64,000 nt of DNA from Anthoceros angustus (GCA_010909165.1 MU008157.1:372001-436000), one strand, 5' to 3'. Positions 1 to 13,230 are shown, counted from the stretch's first letter. The notes: generated by a model not told the origin, from the sequence alone. Program-made: numbers and translations.

Positions 1-1146
1 AATCCCGCGGCGGTCATCGGAGGCGTCCTGGTGCTGGCCGTACCTCTGGTGGTGTTCCAGCTACTGAACAGGAAGCCGCAGCCCTTCGGGACTGTGACGG
101 CCAAGGTTGCGTACGAGAAGCTGGGGGATGAGACCGTGGGAGGGCAGCTGGTGGATATCAGGTTGGCGGAGGATGTTCAGGCCGAGGGTACGCCGGATTT
201 GCGAGCCTACAAGAAGAAGGTGTTCCACCTGCCGTATGTTGAGCAGGAGGAGGATGAGGAGGAGGAGGCGACTGAAGCCCTCGTGGCCAAGCTCAAGAGC
301 AAGTTCAAGAAGCCGGAGGAGACGACGCTCTACTTTCTGGACAGGTTTGATGGCAATTCTCTGCTGCTGGCGAAGCTGGCTACGGAGAACGGGTTCCTGG
401 CTGCCTACGCTGTGAAAGGGGGCGCTGAGGGGCCCAATGGCTGGCGCGTGGCTGATCTCCCGTGGCTGGCGCCCAGAAAGGGGTTCAAGCTGGATTTGAG
501 CGGGTTCAAGGACGTCCTGGACAGCGCCTTCGGGCCGGAGACAGCAGCTGTGGTGCCGGCCACTTTGGGAGTGGCCGCTGCTGCGGCTGCCGGGGTGATC
601 GTTTTCTCTGAGGCTGAAACGGCGTTGCAGCTGCTTGGCTCCGCTGCGTTGATCCAGCTGGTGGTGAAGAAGTTCCTGTTTGCTAAGGACCGGGAGCAGA
701 CTATCTCGCAGATCAAGGAGCTGCTGGAAACGAAGGTTGCTCCCACAGCCCTGGTCGATGACATCAAGAGCATCGGCAAGGTGATAGCAGCTACGGCCGA
801 GGAAGTGACCGTGCAAGTGGTTGGCGAGAGAGAGTCACCACCTTCCAACGGTGCCGTTATCTCAGAGGCCCCTGCGCAAGTAACAGTGGAAGCAGAAGTT
901 GCCCCGGTGGTTGTTGAGGAGCCAGCCAGAGAAGAGGCACCTCAAGCGAAGGAGGAAGAAACCCCGGTACCAGCTGATCAAGTGGTAGCTGAAGCTTCCG
1001 AGCCTGCTCCGACGGAAGCTTCTGACCCTACCCCAACTGAAGCGTCAGAGCCTGCTCGCACTGAAGCTTCTGGGCCTGCTCCCACCAAAGCTTCTGAGCC
1101 TGCTGCTCCTGTCCAAGCTGCTTCTCCTGCCCTTGACGTCGTTTGA
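1..1146 (+). CDS. TROL: Thylakoid rhodanese-like protein TROL/STR4, 5' end outside the window
   Basis: Open frame from base 1 (NPAAVIGGVL...). Recognisable TROL blocks: LVDIR, KFKKPEETTLYFLDRFDGNS (Asp at the rhodanese catalytic Cys position), AVKGGAEGPNGW, EAETALQLLGSAALIQL, TKVAP. Pro/Glu-rich tail, stop TGA 1144-1146. Confidence 0.93.
   Translation, partial: NPAAVIGGVLVLAVPLVVFQLLNRKPQPFGTVTAKVAYEKLGDETVGGQLVDIRLAEDVQAEGTPDLRAYKKKVFHLPYVEQEEDEEEEATEALVAKLKSKFKKPEETTLYFLDRFDGNSLLLAKLATENGFLAAYAVKGGAEGPNGWRVADLPWLAPRKGFKLDLSGFKDVLDSAFGPETAAVVPATLGVAAAAAAGVIVFSEAETALQLLGSAALIQLVVKKFLFAKDREQTISQIKELLETKVAPTALVDDIKSIGKVIAATAEEVTVQVVGERESPPSNGAVISEAPAQVTVEAEVAPVVVEEPAREEAPQAKEEETPVPADQVVAEASEPAPTEASDPTPTEASEPARTEASGPAPTKASEPAAPVQAASPALDVV
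991..1110 (+). repeat. 24-bp coding tandem repeat (about 5 x EASEPAPT) in the TROL tail
   Basis: EASEPAPT EASDPTPT EASEPART EASGPAPT KASEPAAP in the translation. Confidence 0.85.
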
Positions 1147-1858
1147 TATTTGACATACAGATGCGTAGCCTCCAGCAGCTCCAGCTACTCACAGCCTGAA
1201 CCCCTTTGCAAGTTTCCACATCTTCTTCCATCGCTGGACAAGCCCTAATGGAGACACAAGAGCAGCTGTTTGGAAAGCGGGCCAACATGCCAGGATGGAG
1301 GAGCTTGTCGTCATCCGTTCCCACCACTTCTGTAATTGTATGTACAGGAAGAGTTAGGTGCATCACTACCAGTGGGACTGCATGGAGGTGACAGGGACAG
1401 TTAGAAAAGTTACAAAGGCACAAGGAGCAGCAGGTTAAACGGAGCAGAGAAGAGCTGGCAAGATAGAGAGGAGAGCAGACAGTGCGCATGGGCTTGCCAG
1501 GCAGATGATCTAGATACCTCTTGTACTCCCTAGTTTGTTCTAAAGCATGCGTGATCAAATTCGCGGGATTTATTAGCTGTGTACTTGACTGGATTTGCAG
1601 CTCGTTGTCACGAAGCATGCACAACCAACCTGCTTCACACCATACCCCAGGAAGCTTCTCACATTATACCATGCAGCACGCAATGCGGCCACACTTCACA
1701 AGGCCAGTCATCTTGTTCTGAAAAAGTATGGGTCAATGTGCCACCGTCCTCCCACTACTGGAACATTTTGAAAGAGTTTGTCACATAACTACGCTGCAAT
1801 TGTCCGAAACTTCAAATCACCGTGGATGGAGCGGTAGTCGGTTCTGAACAACAAGTTG

Positions 1859-2195
1859 TCAACAGGGGAAGTGACCGATGAACCATCGTATGACGCTGAT
1901 AGGCATTTTAATGAGCGCAATAGCAAATTCCAAGATCAACGGAATACATGCACAGCAAGGGCAGAGGCAGGCGAATATCGTCCTGCACAATTTCAAAAAA
2001 GAAGAGCACACTTCAGCTGCTTCCAGAAGCGTAAGGACAGCGCAGCGGAAAGAAAGAAAACACCAGTTCCTGCTCCCGCGAGTAGACTCACCCGACAATC
2101 CAGATCACGATGCCGATGATAGTAAGAAAAACGGAGAGCAGCATGAAGGGAAGTCCAATCAGAAATCCACACGGACGGCACTGGCAGTCTCCCAT
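1859..2195 (-). CDS. TAX1: TAXIMIN-family cysteine-rich signalling peptide, 75 aa, 2 exons (2195-2092, 1982-1859)
   Basis: Manual splicing at GG|GTGAGT...TGCAG|G gives [75 protein letters not shown], matching the TAXIMIN pattern CRPxGFLxGLPF...IWIVG...CxCPCCxC...WF...PC. Confidence 0.92.
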
Positions 2196-2815
2196 TGTAA
2201 GGTCTTCGAATTCCACACAAAAGGAGCAGTGTAGGTCTTGAGCTGGATGCGTACCCCGCTCCTGTCCCTCCTTTCACAGATCCGTCAAGTCCTCTGCTCT
2301 TCTCCTCACCTACCTAGGCAGACAATCCAATGAGCTCACAAAATGCAGCCCTGATCTGTAGATGTGCAACCAACGGAGACTCCCTTAGTTGGAGATGAGA
2401 TGGCGCGGGGGCACGACGAAGGGAATAACGGACTACAAGGACGACACAAATACGTCTATCCGAACTAGATTTATCGAAGGGCGTCCTTACTTTTCAAGTG
2501 TCTGGCCGGATAGCGACTCGGAAACTGCGAGGACGCGGGATTGGCTGCCTTGTAACGCGTTTTGACGTATAGACGTGTGCAACAGTTTACTTGCGTTGGA
2601 AGCCAGTAATGATTACGAGTAGCGCTTTCCCGTTTTCGGCCGGCCAGTTACCTCTTCATAAACCGAACACTAAACAGGGAAACAGTTTGCAAAGCTGGAA
2701 GTCGTATAGTCTTTATCACATTGTAGTGATTGTTTCCTACAACGAGTAAGCTGAAGGTGTGCCCTTTCTGATGGCATACCAAGACTGCTGCAAAAATAAG
2801 ACGACGGCTCCGTTC

Positions 2816-4115
2816 TCAAAGAGGAGTAAGCCCCACTACACCTGCAACAGTTGAATTCATATGGCTCTTGTTTCAGCAGGTTAAGCACAGAGAAAGACTC
2901 CAGCAATCGCATCCAGAGCAAGCCTTACCACAAGCCAAACGACCTCCCGCGTTTCCGGTTGTAGGGCTCAGCTCATGTCCACCTGCAGTGCGTAATATAT
3001 GTGAGGGAATGCGGACTAGGCAATCTCTGCTTCTCAGAGACAAACGTTACAGATACCAGTAAGCACTGACCTTTCCCAAGATCGTCCTCCAGCTCATGAA
3101 TGACAAGTGCCCTCCCGATGACTGAGTTGGGGCCTGATAGGGGAATCTGCAAGCAGCATTGGCATGGTTAGTTATTTTCAACACCATCACAAGACAGGGA
3201 GATCAAATGACACAGCCCGTCCATCCCCCTTCTTCCTGACGTTACCTGGGCATCAGTTATGGTTGTTTCAACAGTTCCTGCCAGGACACAGGCACGTGTG
3301 TCAGATAAAAAAACGAAACTTTGTTCCCAGATATGTTGATAACCTGCCTCCAGCTGTGAATCCCGCCACACACAGGATGTTTACCGTCTGGGCCTGCAAT
3401 GACGTTTCCAAGGTCACCAGCGTGGCGGATTTCGTCTTCTGGGGCACCATGAGTCTTCTTGTCGGGGTTGAAATGGGGTCCTGAAACAGGAGACACCAGA
3501 ATGAGTCCTACGGCACACATCCCACTGCCACCAGCCGGCACATGGCAGATTCCAAAAACTAAAATGCAGTTTCGTACCAGTCGAGATGCACCCGTTGGTA
3601 GTATCACCAAATTCGTGCTGCAACAAAAGGGGACAGCAACACACAAGGCCATGGCTTCACAGTCTGAAGTCCCTCTCCTAGGACAGAAGAAGAATCAAAA
3701 CAACAACGGGCAGAGAACCAAAGTCGGAATCCTTGCCACAGGAGCTCACCAGATGGAACCCGTGCTTCCCCGGTGTAAGGCCTGTGATCTTCACCTGCAC
3801 GGTAGTGGGACCTGCAGAGCAGAATAAGAGCATGCACGCAGGCGACAGGCTGAGGCAAGCCCATAGTCAACATTGCTCCTAAAACTCACCGTCGTCGTCT
3901 TGCAGGAGACTGACAACGCCTTCCACAGCTGAGGTGCCCTTGAGCACAGCCACCGCCTTCTTGGTGGCGGCCAGAACGAGCATTGGCTTGGACACCACAG
4001 ACAGCGATGGGGCACGCATGGCCTGCACTCGGAGCTGCGTGCCCGAGAAGGCGGACTTCAACTGCAGGCTTGGAGATAAGGTCAAGCTCGCCATGCTTAA
4101 AGCCTGCCCTGCCAT
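2816..4115 (-). CDS. CSD2: Chloroplast Cu/Zn superoxide dismutase, 8 exons (approx. 4115-3890, 3811-3750, 3617-3578, 3481-3385, 3277-3246, 3147-3071, 2982-2928, 2841-2816)
   Basis: Transit peptide, then [110 protein letters not shown]. All introns GT-AG. Confidence 0.96.
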
Positions 4116-4300
4116 CGCCTCGGGCAACAGCTGTATCCACGCAAATGCAAAATGCAAAATGCACCTACAATACAGTACTGACTGAACGTTTGTATGAATG
4201 TGCAATGTGGCAAACGGTCGCGGATGGCCATGTACCCCTCTCCAATCTCCAATCCAACATTCCATACATACATTATCTAGGATCTATCTCAATATTTATC

Positions 4301-4308
4301 TATTTATA
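4301..4308 (-). promoter_or_regulatory. Candidate TATA box of CSD2
   Basis: TATAAATA on the minus strand about 190 bp upstream of the ATG. The context is AT-rich, so a chance match is possible. Confidence 0.4.
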
Positions 4309-4566
4309 GTATTCATTTATAATAATAAAAATAGAAATAAACTGTGACTTAGGGCTGGTTTCCATGAGGGCCGATATTTACGGCAGCTTTTTCAACTTGC
4401 AGTTGGACCGGAACGGTATTGCCACTTTCCATGGCTTCGCTATGTGCATTCCTTTCGTAAAAACAGGACCTCACCGGCTACTTATCACTCGCAAGCGACC
4501 GGCTACTCAGCGCTCATGCGAGTCCGACTTTCGTCCCAAGCTCTAACATGCAAGTCAGTTTCTTCC

Positions 4567-5419
4567 ATGATGTTCCTTCTTGCTTCCACTCACATTTCAG
4601 TTCTTTCACGCAAGCGACGTACTCCTGGTGACCAATATATCAAGGACAGGAGTTTGGGTTGGTGGTAACTTTTTTAGGGAAGCAACATGGATAGCTGATC
4701 CTGAGCGTTTTAGAGAGTTTTTTAGAATGACACCTACCACATTTGAGTATGTGTGTAGCTTGGTGGCTGTGGATCTCACTAGGAAGACACCATTAGCTCT
4801 ACGACGGATTCCAACCAGGCAACTATCGGTTGACATCCAAGTGGCTCTAGCAATCAGAAGACTTGCCACAGGGGATACTCTCAAGTCCATTGGGGAACTC
4901 TTTGGTGTAGCCGAATCTACAGCTTCGAAAATTATGTGGCGATTCATAAGAGCCATGATCAGAAGAGGGAGACACCACATTGCTTGGCCACAAGGAGAAG
5001 TTCTAGCTACCTCGTATGCGTAATTTGAAAGGTTCATCACAGTCAACTGCATGCACTGACGTAACACACATCAAAATGGAGCTCATGTCCCAGGAAATAG
5101 CAATTGATTACTTCGATTGTAATCATGATTACAGTGTCTGCATCTAAGGGGTAGTTGACATGAAGATGCGTTTTATAGATGTGTTTGCTAGGTTCCCGGG
5201 TTCTGTAAATGATGCAAGGATCTTGAGTAATTCAGGCCTCTATCGAAAAGCTATGGCAGGAGATATCCTGAATGGTGAGCACATTGATGGTAACAACCCC
5301 GCTGTGGAGTACATTGTGAGACGCGGATACCCCTCAACGCTGCTACCTTACACCATTTCCGGAAGAAATATTTCGTAAAGAAAGACTACTTCAATTTTAA
5401 GCATTCTTCACCCGCATAG
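4567..5419 (+). pseudogene. Harbinger DDE nuclease (HARBI1-like), N-terminal part, with stops and frameshifts
   Basis: FREFFRMTPTTFEYVC, QVALAIRRLATGDTLKSIGELFGVAESTAS, WPQG, MRFIDVFARFPGSVNDARIL, FNFKHSS.R at 5390-5418. Confidence 0.9.
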
Positions 5420-6779
5420 CAAATAATGGTAATTTTGAAGGGGTGAATAATCTCAAGGGGTTTTCCAAATAATCTCTAAAGGGGTTTTGATGGGCCCTCA
5501 TGCTTTTGAAGGCATTATGGAAAAGTCTGAAAAAGGGTGTCACCAAGAAAGTTACTACTTTCCATCCAAAGAATGTTTGTGTCGAATGGTGGTCGCAAAC
5601 TCGAACCTAGGGAATGATGCAAAGTAGGAGCGGTGAGGAAGGCGTTCTCACGGGCGACGAACTGTGAAGCTTCGATTAGATTAAATGTGGTTTTGTTATG
5701 ACACCACAAAAGCCACGATTGCAGTATTTCCTTAACAACACGAAACATCACAACTAGCCGGACTTACAACATTAACTCGGGACCCCGGAAAACGAGATTT
5801 TCGGAACACCTTTATCCCCAGTAGTTCAATCCATCGTCATCACTTGGTCCGCCTTCTCCGCATTGTCATCACTATCTTGACACTTTCACCGCAGTTGTAT
5901 GAAGCCACGCAACTCGCAGAGCTTATCCCTTATCGCTTTTTTGTCCACCGCATACAGACAAGTTTCGCGTTCAACACAAACCCATAATATGATGATTTCA
6001 TTCACAAATGCCTCCTGTATGTTTTTAGGTAATGGATCTTATTCCCTTTTTCCTCGGCATTGGACGGATGGGTTACCACTGGGCGGACTATGTTCCCCGC
6101 ACATATCTCCCTTCATACGCATCTATGTGCTCGGTCCGATACGGTGGATAAGAAAGTGAGGTCGCAGTGCGTTCACTTCACGTCAATGACCTCCCCAATT
6201 GAATGGCATATGCGTGTCCGTATTGCACCGACATCCCTCTCGGATTTCCGTTATGTCCCCATTCATCCGTGCCATTTCCATTTGCCTTCCCGCATTTTGA
6301 TATGCCCCCAAATACATATCGGGTGTCCATGCGCTTTGGTGGCACGCTTGGAAAAGCGGTTGTGTCATTTGGTCACATGGACGACCTCATGTCACCGAAA
6401 TTCAAAATTACACAGGAAGGAACCTCCGCGGAACATAAAAATGTGTGCTCCCGCGTGTTTTCCTACTCTTGTGAAGACCGGAACCGATCGTGCATAACCA
6501 AACGCGGACTTCCTTCGCCCATTATACTATCCCGTTGATGTCACTTTGGACACGGTGGGTCTTGCTTTGGGATGCATTCATGGCATATGTTCTTTGAATT
6601 GATGTGAAAAGCTTGGCATTCTGCGGTGTGGAGGCGTACATCACGCACGATCTGGTGCAAATGCACGGAGAGGAGGCGAAGTCGGCGCGATGCGTTGTGT
6701 GGCAAGGTTTCGGCATGGATTGTGCGGTATCGCCGATTGTGCGAGAATAGCCGACTTGTGACGGTGGAAGTTTCTCAAG

Positions 6780-9700
6780 CACGATTGGGGTGGTTACGCC
6801 CATGATGGCCCGCTCTCCTTGTAGTCAACGACGGTATTGGGGTGAGAGGAAGCGTCTGCGGGAGAGGCGAGCTTTGGCGGAAGCTGCGAGCAGGCGCAAA
6901 GCGAGGAATGAACCGGTGGACATAGTAGCAGTGCTGACAACAGCCTCCACCTCCACAAGCCGAGTGCGTGTCGGCGCGCGATGCAGCAGCGTTATTTCAA
7001 GGTCGTTGGGGTTGATACCGCACAATCTCGGCGCCGACTAGCAAGGAGCTTGGAGCAATTCTTGCGGATGACAAGTGAGTTCTCGGTGCAATGTCGCGTG
7101 AGATCTATAGTACTTTTGAAGAGCTTCCTCTGAAGGACTTTCGTACTCCCGAACGGGAAAGATGAAGAGTTGTTCTTTTCTCATGAGGAATATGAGCACT
7201 GATGTAAGAATTTGAAGGATGTTCGGTCGGCGATCACTGCGAGCGAAATACGCTCTGGAATATCATTTTGTCGCGGTCGGATGACCATCCGATTCCCACT
7301 GGCCAAGCACATTGGTGTGAGTCGAGATCCGATCTGCGGGAAATTGCGGGGTGGGAAGGATTGTCGGGGCCAAGGTATGTGGTGCGGGTCGGAAGGAAGC
7401 TTAGGTCGATGTGATCTCGGATGATGTGAAAAGCCGTGCACGCAGTCGGAGCTCGCCTCTCGACCTTCCTCCAACACAAAGGACACCAAGCGCCTACGTC
7501 GGACCAAACACTTTTGACCAGCACATCATCCACTTCTTGGATACTTCACGTGAGATGAATATGTCATGGATTCCATGCTTGTGTTGTGAGTGCGAACCTT
7601 CATCTGCTCTCCCTCACCTTCCATGCTTGTTTGTACTTCACGGTGTCGTTATATGTTAGCACTACCTTCCAAATTCATGTTTGACTCTTGGGCATGATGG
7701 TATTGGGGTCGATGGGTGTTCACGTAGGCTTCTCGTATGCATCTTGGTGTTGTGATTTAGGGACCGGTGATATGGGGTGGATGATTGGTGTTGAGCGAAG
7801 GGCTATGTGATGACCTGTATAGCCTTGTGATGGTGTGGGCTGATTGGTGATGTTGATTCCTGACTGGTTATGTTTTGGGCGGAGGCGGGTTCCCAGTTTG
7901 GTGTGGGAGGACGGGGTGTTGTGGTTGCCGCTTGCGTATTGGGGTGGTCGCTGGGTGATTTTAGTGGGCGTGGATGATGTGCGGACTGGTGATGTGGTGG
8001 TCGCTATCTTGTTGATTGATGCGTTGGTGATGTGGATGATGGCATGGTGATAAGGTGGACGGATTGGTGATGTCATGGAGTAGGTGGAGCTCTGTTTGCG
8101 CCCTTAGTGATGTGGTGGATGTGTTGGTGTTGTGGATGATGGAATGGTGATCACATGCGGTTTGGTGATGTTTTGGAGTTGTTCCATTTTAGTTGGCATC
8201 ACTTGGTGACCTCGTGTCCGTCGTTGGAAGTGTGTTGCACGTTTTGATATTGGCCATCCCATCGGTGATACCACCGTTCTGAGAGGTATGTAATGAAATC
8301 GCTGTTCGTGATGTGTGAAATTCTGTTGCGAAGAGCATCGACATTTCAATTGGGCAGCGAACTTTTGAGAAATTGAAGCCGTATTTTGTGAAGAGCTGCA
8401 GAACGGAACTTGTCTTCTTGGTATCATGTGGAAATGGCCTTTCTCAAGGCGCTTTCAATGCTATCGCGTTGTCTTTCAAGTGTGCATCCAGGTCAATGTC
8501 GCCGTGAGATCTATAGTACTTTTGAAGAGCTTCTGACTGGACTCGCAATCGATCGGGAAAGATGAAGAGTTGTTTATCGCTCATGAGGAATATGAGCATG
8601 ACATGTAAGAATTTGAAGGATGTTCAGTCGGCGATCACCGCGAGCCGTAAATACGCCTGAATATCATTTTGTCGCCGATGACCATCCGATTCCCACACCG
8701 CCAAGCACATTGGTGTGAGTCGGCATCCGATCCGCAGCGAAATTGTGGGTGGGAAGGATTGTCGGGGCCAAGGTATGTGGTGCGGTCCCAAGGAAGCTTA
8801 GGTCCGATGTGATCTCGGATGATGTGAAAGCCAGATTCTGCACTGGAGCTCGCCTCGACCTTCCTCCAACACAAAGGACACCAAGCGCCTACGTCGGACC
8901 AAACACTTTTGACCAGCACATCATCCACTTCTTGGATACTTCACGTGAGATGAATATGTCAGAATCGGATTCCATGCTTGTGTTGTGAGTGCGAACCTTC
9001 ATCTGCGCCCCTCACCTTCCATGCTTGTTTGTACTTCACGGTGTCGTTATATGTTAGCACTACCTTCCAAATTCGTGTTTGACTCTTGGGCATGATGGTA
9101 TTGGGGTGAAGGGTGTTCACGAGGCTTCTCGTATGCATACCGGTGTTGTGATTTAGGGACCGGTGATATGGGGTGATGATTGGTGTTGAGCGAAGGGCTA
9201 TGTGATGCCTGTATGGCCTTGTGATGGTTTGGGCTGATTGGTGATGTTGATTCCTGCACTGGTTATGTTTTGGGGCAAGGCGGGTTCCCAGTTTGGTGTG
9301 GGAGGACGGGGTGTTGTGGCTTGCGTATTGGGGTGGTCGCTGGGTGATTTTAGTGGACGCTGGATGATGCGGACATGGTGATGTGGTGGTCCGCTATCTT
9401 GTTGATTGATGCGCGTGATGTGGATGATGGCATGGTGATAAGGTGGACGGATTGGTGATGTCATGGAGTAGGTGGAGCTCGCTTGTTCTTAGTGATGTGG
9501 TGGATGTGTTGGTGTTGTGGATGATGGAATGGTGATCACACGGTTTGGTGATGTTTTGGAGTTGTTCCATTTTAGTTGGCATCACTTGGTGACCTCGTGT
9601 CCGCTGCTGGAAGTGTGTTGCACGTTTTGATATTGGCCATCCCATCGGTGATACCACCGCTCGCAGGAGTATGTAATGAAATCGCTGTTCGTGATGTGTG

Positions 9701-12700
9701 CGCAAATTCTACTGCGGTTCGCGAAGAGCATCCCGACATTTCAATTGGGCAGCGAACTTTTGAGAAATTGAAGCCGTATTTTGTGAAGAGCTGCAGAACG
9801 GAACTTGTCTTCTTGGTATCATGTGGAAATGGCCTTTCTCAAGGACGCTTTCAATGCTATGCGCGTTGTCTTTCAAGTGTGCATCCTGAGGTCAATGTCG
9901 TCCATGTGACATATGTGCTCCCCAAGAAGGTGACGGGCTTGTTCAAGAGTGTAGTCAACCCATTGGTCGAGAGGAAGCCTGCAGGGAGAGGAGGCGGGCG
10001 TAGCAGAACGGCGCAGAGAATGAACCGGTGGACATAGTAGGCACCGTGCAGAAGAACATCACGCCTCCACCTCCACAAGCCGAGTGCGTGTCCGCGCGCG
10101 ATGCAACGCGTTATTTCAAGGTCGTTGGGGTTGATACCGCACAATCTCGCGGCCAAAGAACTAGCAAGGAGCTTGAGAGCAATTCTTGCGGATGACAAGT
10201 GAGTTCTCGCAATGTCGCCGTGAGATCTATAGTACTTTTGAAGAGCTTCTGACTGGACTCGCAATCGATCGGGAAAGATGAAGAGTTGTTTATCGCTCAT
10301 GAGGAATATGAGCATGACATGTAAGAATTTGAAGGATGTTCAGTCGGCGATCACCGCGAGCCGTAAATACGCCTGAATATCATTTTGTCGCCGATGACCA
10401 TCCGATTCCCACACCGCCAAGCACATTGGTGTGAGTCGGCATCCGATCCGCAGCGAAATTGTGGGTGGGAAGGATTGTCGGGGCCAAGGTATGTGGTGCG
10501 GTCCCAAGGAAGCTTAGGTCCGATGTGATCTCGGATGATGTGAAAGCCAGATTCTGCACTGGAGCTCGCCTCGACCTTCCTCCAACACAAAGGACACCAA
10601 GCGCCACGCACGGACCAAACACTTTTGACCAGCACATCATCCACTTCTTGGATACTTCACGTGAGATGAATATGTCAGAATCGGATTCCATGCTTGTGTT
10701 GTGAGTGCGAACCTTCATCTGCGCCCCTCACCTTCCATGCTTGTTTGTACTTCACGGTGTCGTTATATGTTAGCACTACCTTCCAAATTCGTGTTTGACT
10801 CTTGGGCATGATGGTATTGGGGTGAAGGGTGTTCACGAGGCTTCTCGTATGCATACCGGTGTTGTGATTTAGGGACCGGTGATATGGGGTGATGATTGGT
10901 GTTGAGCGAAGGGCTATGTGATGCCTGTATGGCCTTGTGATGGTTTGGGCTGATTGGTGATGTTGATTCCTGCACTGGTTATGTTTTGGCTAAGGGCGGG
11001 TTCCCAGTTTGGTGTGGGAGGACGGGGTGTTGTGGTTGCTTGCGTATTGGGGTGGTCGCTGGGTGATTTTAGTGGACGCTGGATGATGCGGACATGGTGA
11101 TGTGGTGGTCCGCTATCTTGTTGATTGATGCGCGTGATGTGGATGATGGCATGGTGATAAGGTGGACGGATTGGTGATGTCATGGAGTAGGTGGAGCTCG
11201 CTTGTTCTTAGTGATGTGGTGGATGTGTTGGTGTTGTGGATGATGGAATGGTGATCACACGGTTTGGTGATGTTTTGGAGTTGTTCCATTTTAGTTGGCA
11301 TCACTTGGTGACCTCGTGTCCGCTGCTGGAAGTGTGTTGCACGTTTTGATATTGGCCATCCCATCGGTGATACCACCGCTCGCAGGAGTATGTAATGAAA
11401 TCGCTGTTCGTGATGTGTGCGCAAATTCTACTGCGGTTCGCGAAGAGCATCCCGACATTTCAATTGGGCAGCGAACTTTTGAGAAATTGAAGCCGTATTT
11501 TGTGAAGAGCTGCAGAACGGAACTTGTCTTCTTGGTATCATGTGGAAATGGCCTTTCTCAAGGACGCTTTCAATGCTATGCGCGTTGTCTTTCAAGTGTG
11601 CATCCTGAGGTCAATGTCGTCCATGTGACATATGTGCTCCCCAAGAAGGTGACGGGCTTGTTCAAGAGTGTAGTGCAACACATGTGTTGTCTCGAGGATG
11701 TTGTTGTGAAATTGCTTGTGTGCGAAATTGCTTGTGTGCGAGGCAAACCTGGATGGCACAACCTCGCATGTTTGCGGGGCACTTGTGGCGGCGTGGGGCA
11801 AATTGGCTTCGCCGAGTCATCGAATGATAAGCTTCCTCACCGTCCTCGGTGGCGTTTTCAATACCAAGTCGTTGGTTCGACCAAGATGGGCATGAGAAGA
11901 AGCGGATCAAACTTGTTTTCATGGAGACTCATCCATTGATTTTTGTCATGTACTTGAAAGAAAAATTGAAAGAGTTCATCCCGCGATTTTGTGCGATGGC
12001 AAGGGTTGGAATTTTTCGATTACTTGGAGTGGTTCCGTGATGTTGTCGTCTGTCATGGACTTGATCGAACTATGCGTTTGGTGTTCAAAACGAAATTCAA
12101 TCTATGCATTGGCATAATGACCAGTTTCGATTTTTGTCTTGGTGTTCTATAGGAGGACGGGTCCAATTGATGCAGGAACCGGCTGCTAACATCGACAAAT
12201 ACTATCACTTCTACATCGGTGATGATATGGTCCACGATACTTTGTTTGCACCGCCTCATGTTGCATTGGCGGTGGATGCGTGATTCGGGTTTCAGTGCCG
12301 GGAACATTGGTGTTGGTCGATGGGGCTAGTCAATTTAAAGCATGTAGGCCTTCTTACTTTGTTGCGGTACCCTAAACTGGTGGTTGCAAGATGCTATGGT
12401 CGTTCTTTGGCGGTGGGGCATGGCAAAGGCGAACATGACGGAGCAGTGCAATCTTGAAAAGGGCATTGCGGGCTGCGAGTCCTCTCCGAATGCTCCTCAT
12501 GCGCCTCGATGTTGTCACCTACTTAAGAGAGAACATCTCACACGCAACGTCGTCTGAGTGGAGAGCATCATCCATAGGAGCTTCGTGATTGGGAAAAGCG
12601 GTGAGCAGGAGGAACAAGTTTAATTGTGACCCAATACAGGTCAAAAAATGCATAGCATATATGGTTTCATTCTGGACCCAACTCAATCGAAAATGCGCAT

Positions 12701-13230
12701 GTTGGCATGCTTGTCTTGTTGTCTTGATCGGCATTCTCTATATGTCGCCCATGCAGGATCGGAGACTCGTATCCATTAGGCCACATGGACAACCCACGGA
12801 AGGAGCCCGTACTCGGAGAAGAGGGGATCTTGAGTCTCGGATACCTTCGCCGTTGCTACTCGGGAGGAACAAGGAGCTTTGGAAACTACCGTTGATGGCC
12901 TTGACGATGATGCTATGGAGGATGTGTCGGACATGGCCGACCTCCTAGAAGTTGGTGATACGTTTGTTGTACCTCGAGGCGAGGGGCAATTGTTTTACCT
13001 TGTGCGTTGCACGGTTGAAGCAAACCCTCTGTAACAAGTGGTGCCCTTGGAGCAACTCAACATTAAGTGGGAGAAGTGGTTGTCGTGGCGATTACTACAC
13101 ACTCCACACGACGGCGTCTGTGTACACCGGTGAAGAGAATGAGGAGTGCACCCTTCATGTTGTGTCCTAAGTTGCAAGATTGAATTGGTGTACAATAGTG
13201 AAGGTGTGGAGTGCTATTCTTTAGAGGGGA
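6780..13230 (+). pseudogene. Decayed Sola2-like DDD transposase, N-terminal part triplicated
   Basis: Motifs read across frameshifts: EEHPDISIGQRTFEKLKPYFVK; MD..NYAFGVQNEIQSMHWHNDQ (~12055-12125); YYHFYI.D..HDTL (~12200-12245); HWCWS.G..SQFK (~12305-12340); WSFFGG.HGKGEHDGA..ILKRALR (~12398-12472); DLLEVGDTFVVP (~12940-12975). Confidence 0.75.
6840..11673 (+). repeat. Three tandem copies of a ~1.5-1.7 kb segment (approx. 6840-8501, 8494-9955, 9965-11673)
   Basis: Near-identical ORF translations recur at offsets of 1716-1719 bp (8635/10351, 9576/11295). The first copy is more divergent. Confidence 0.92.
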
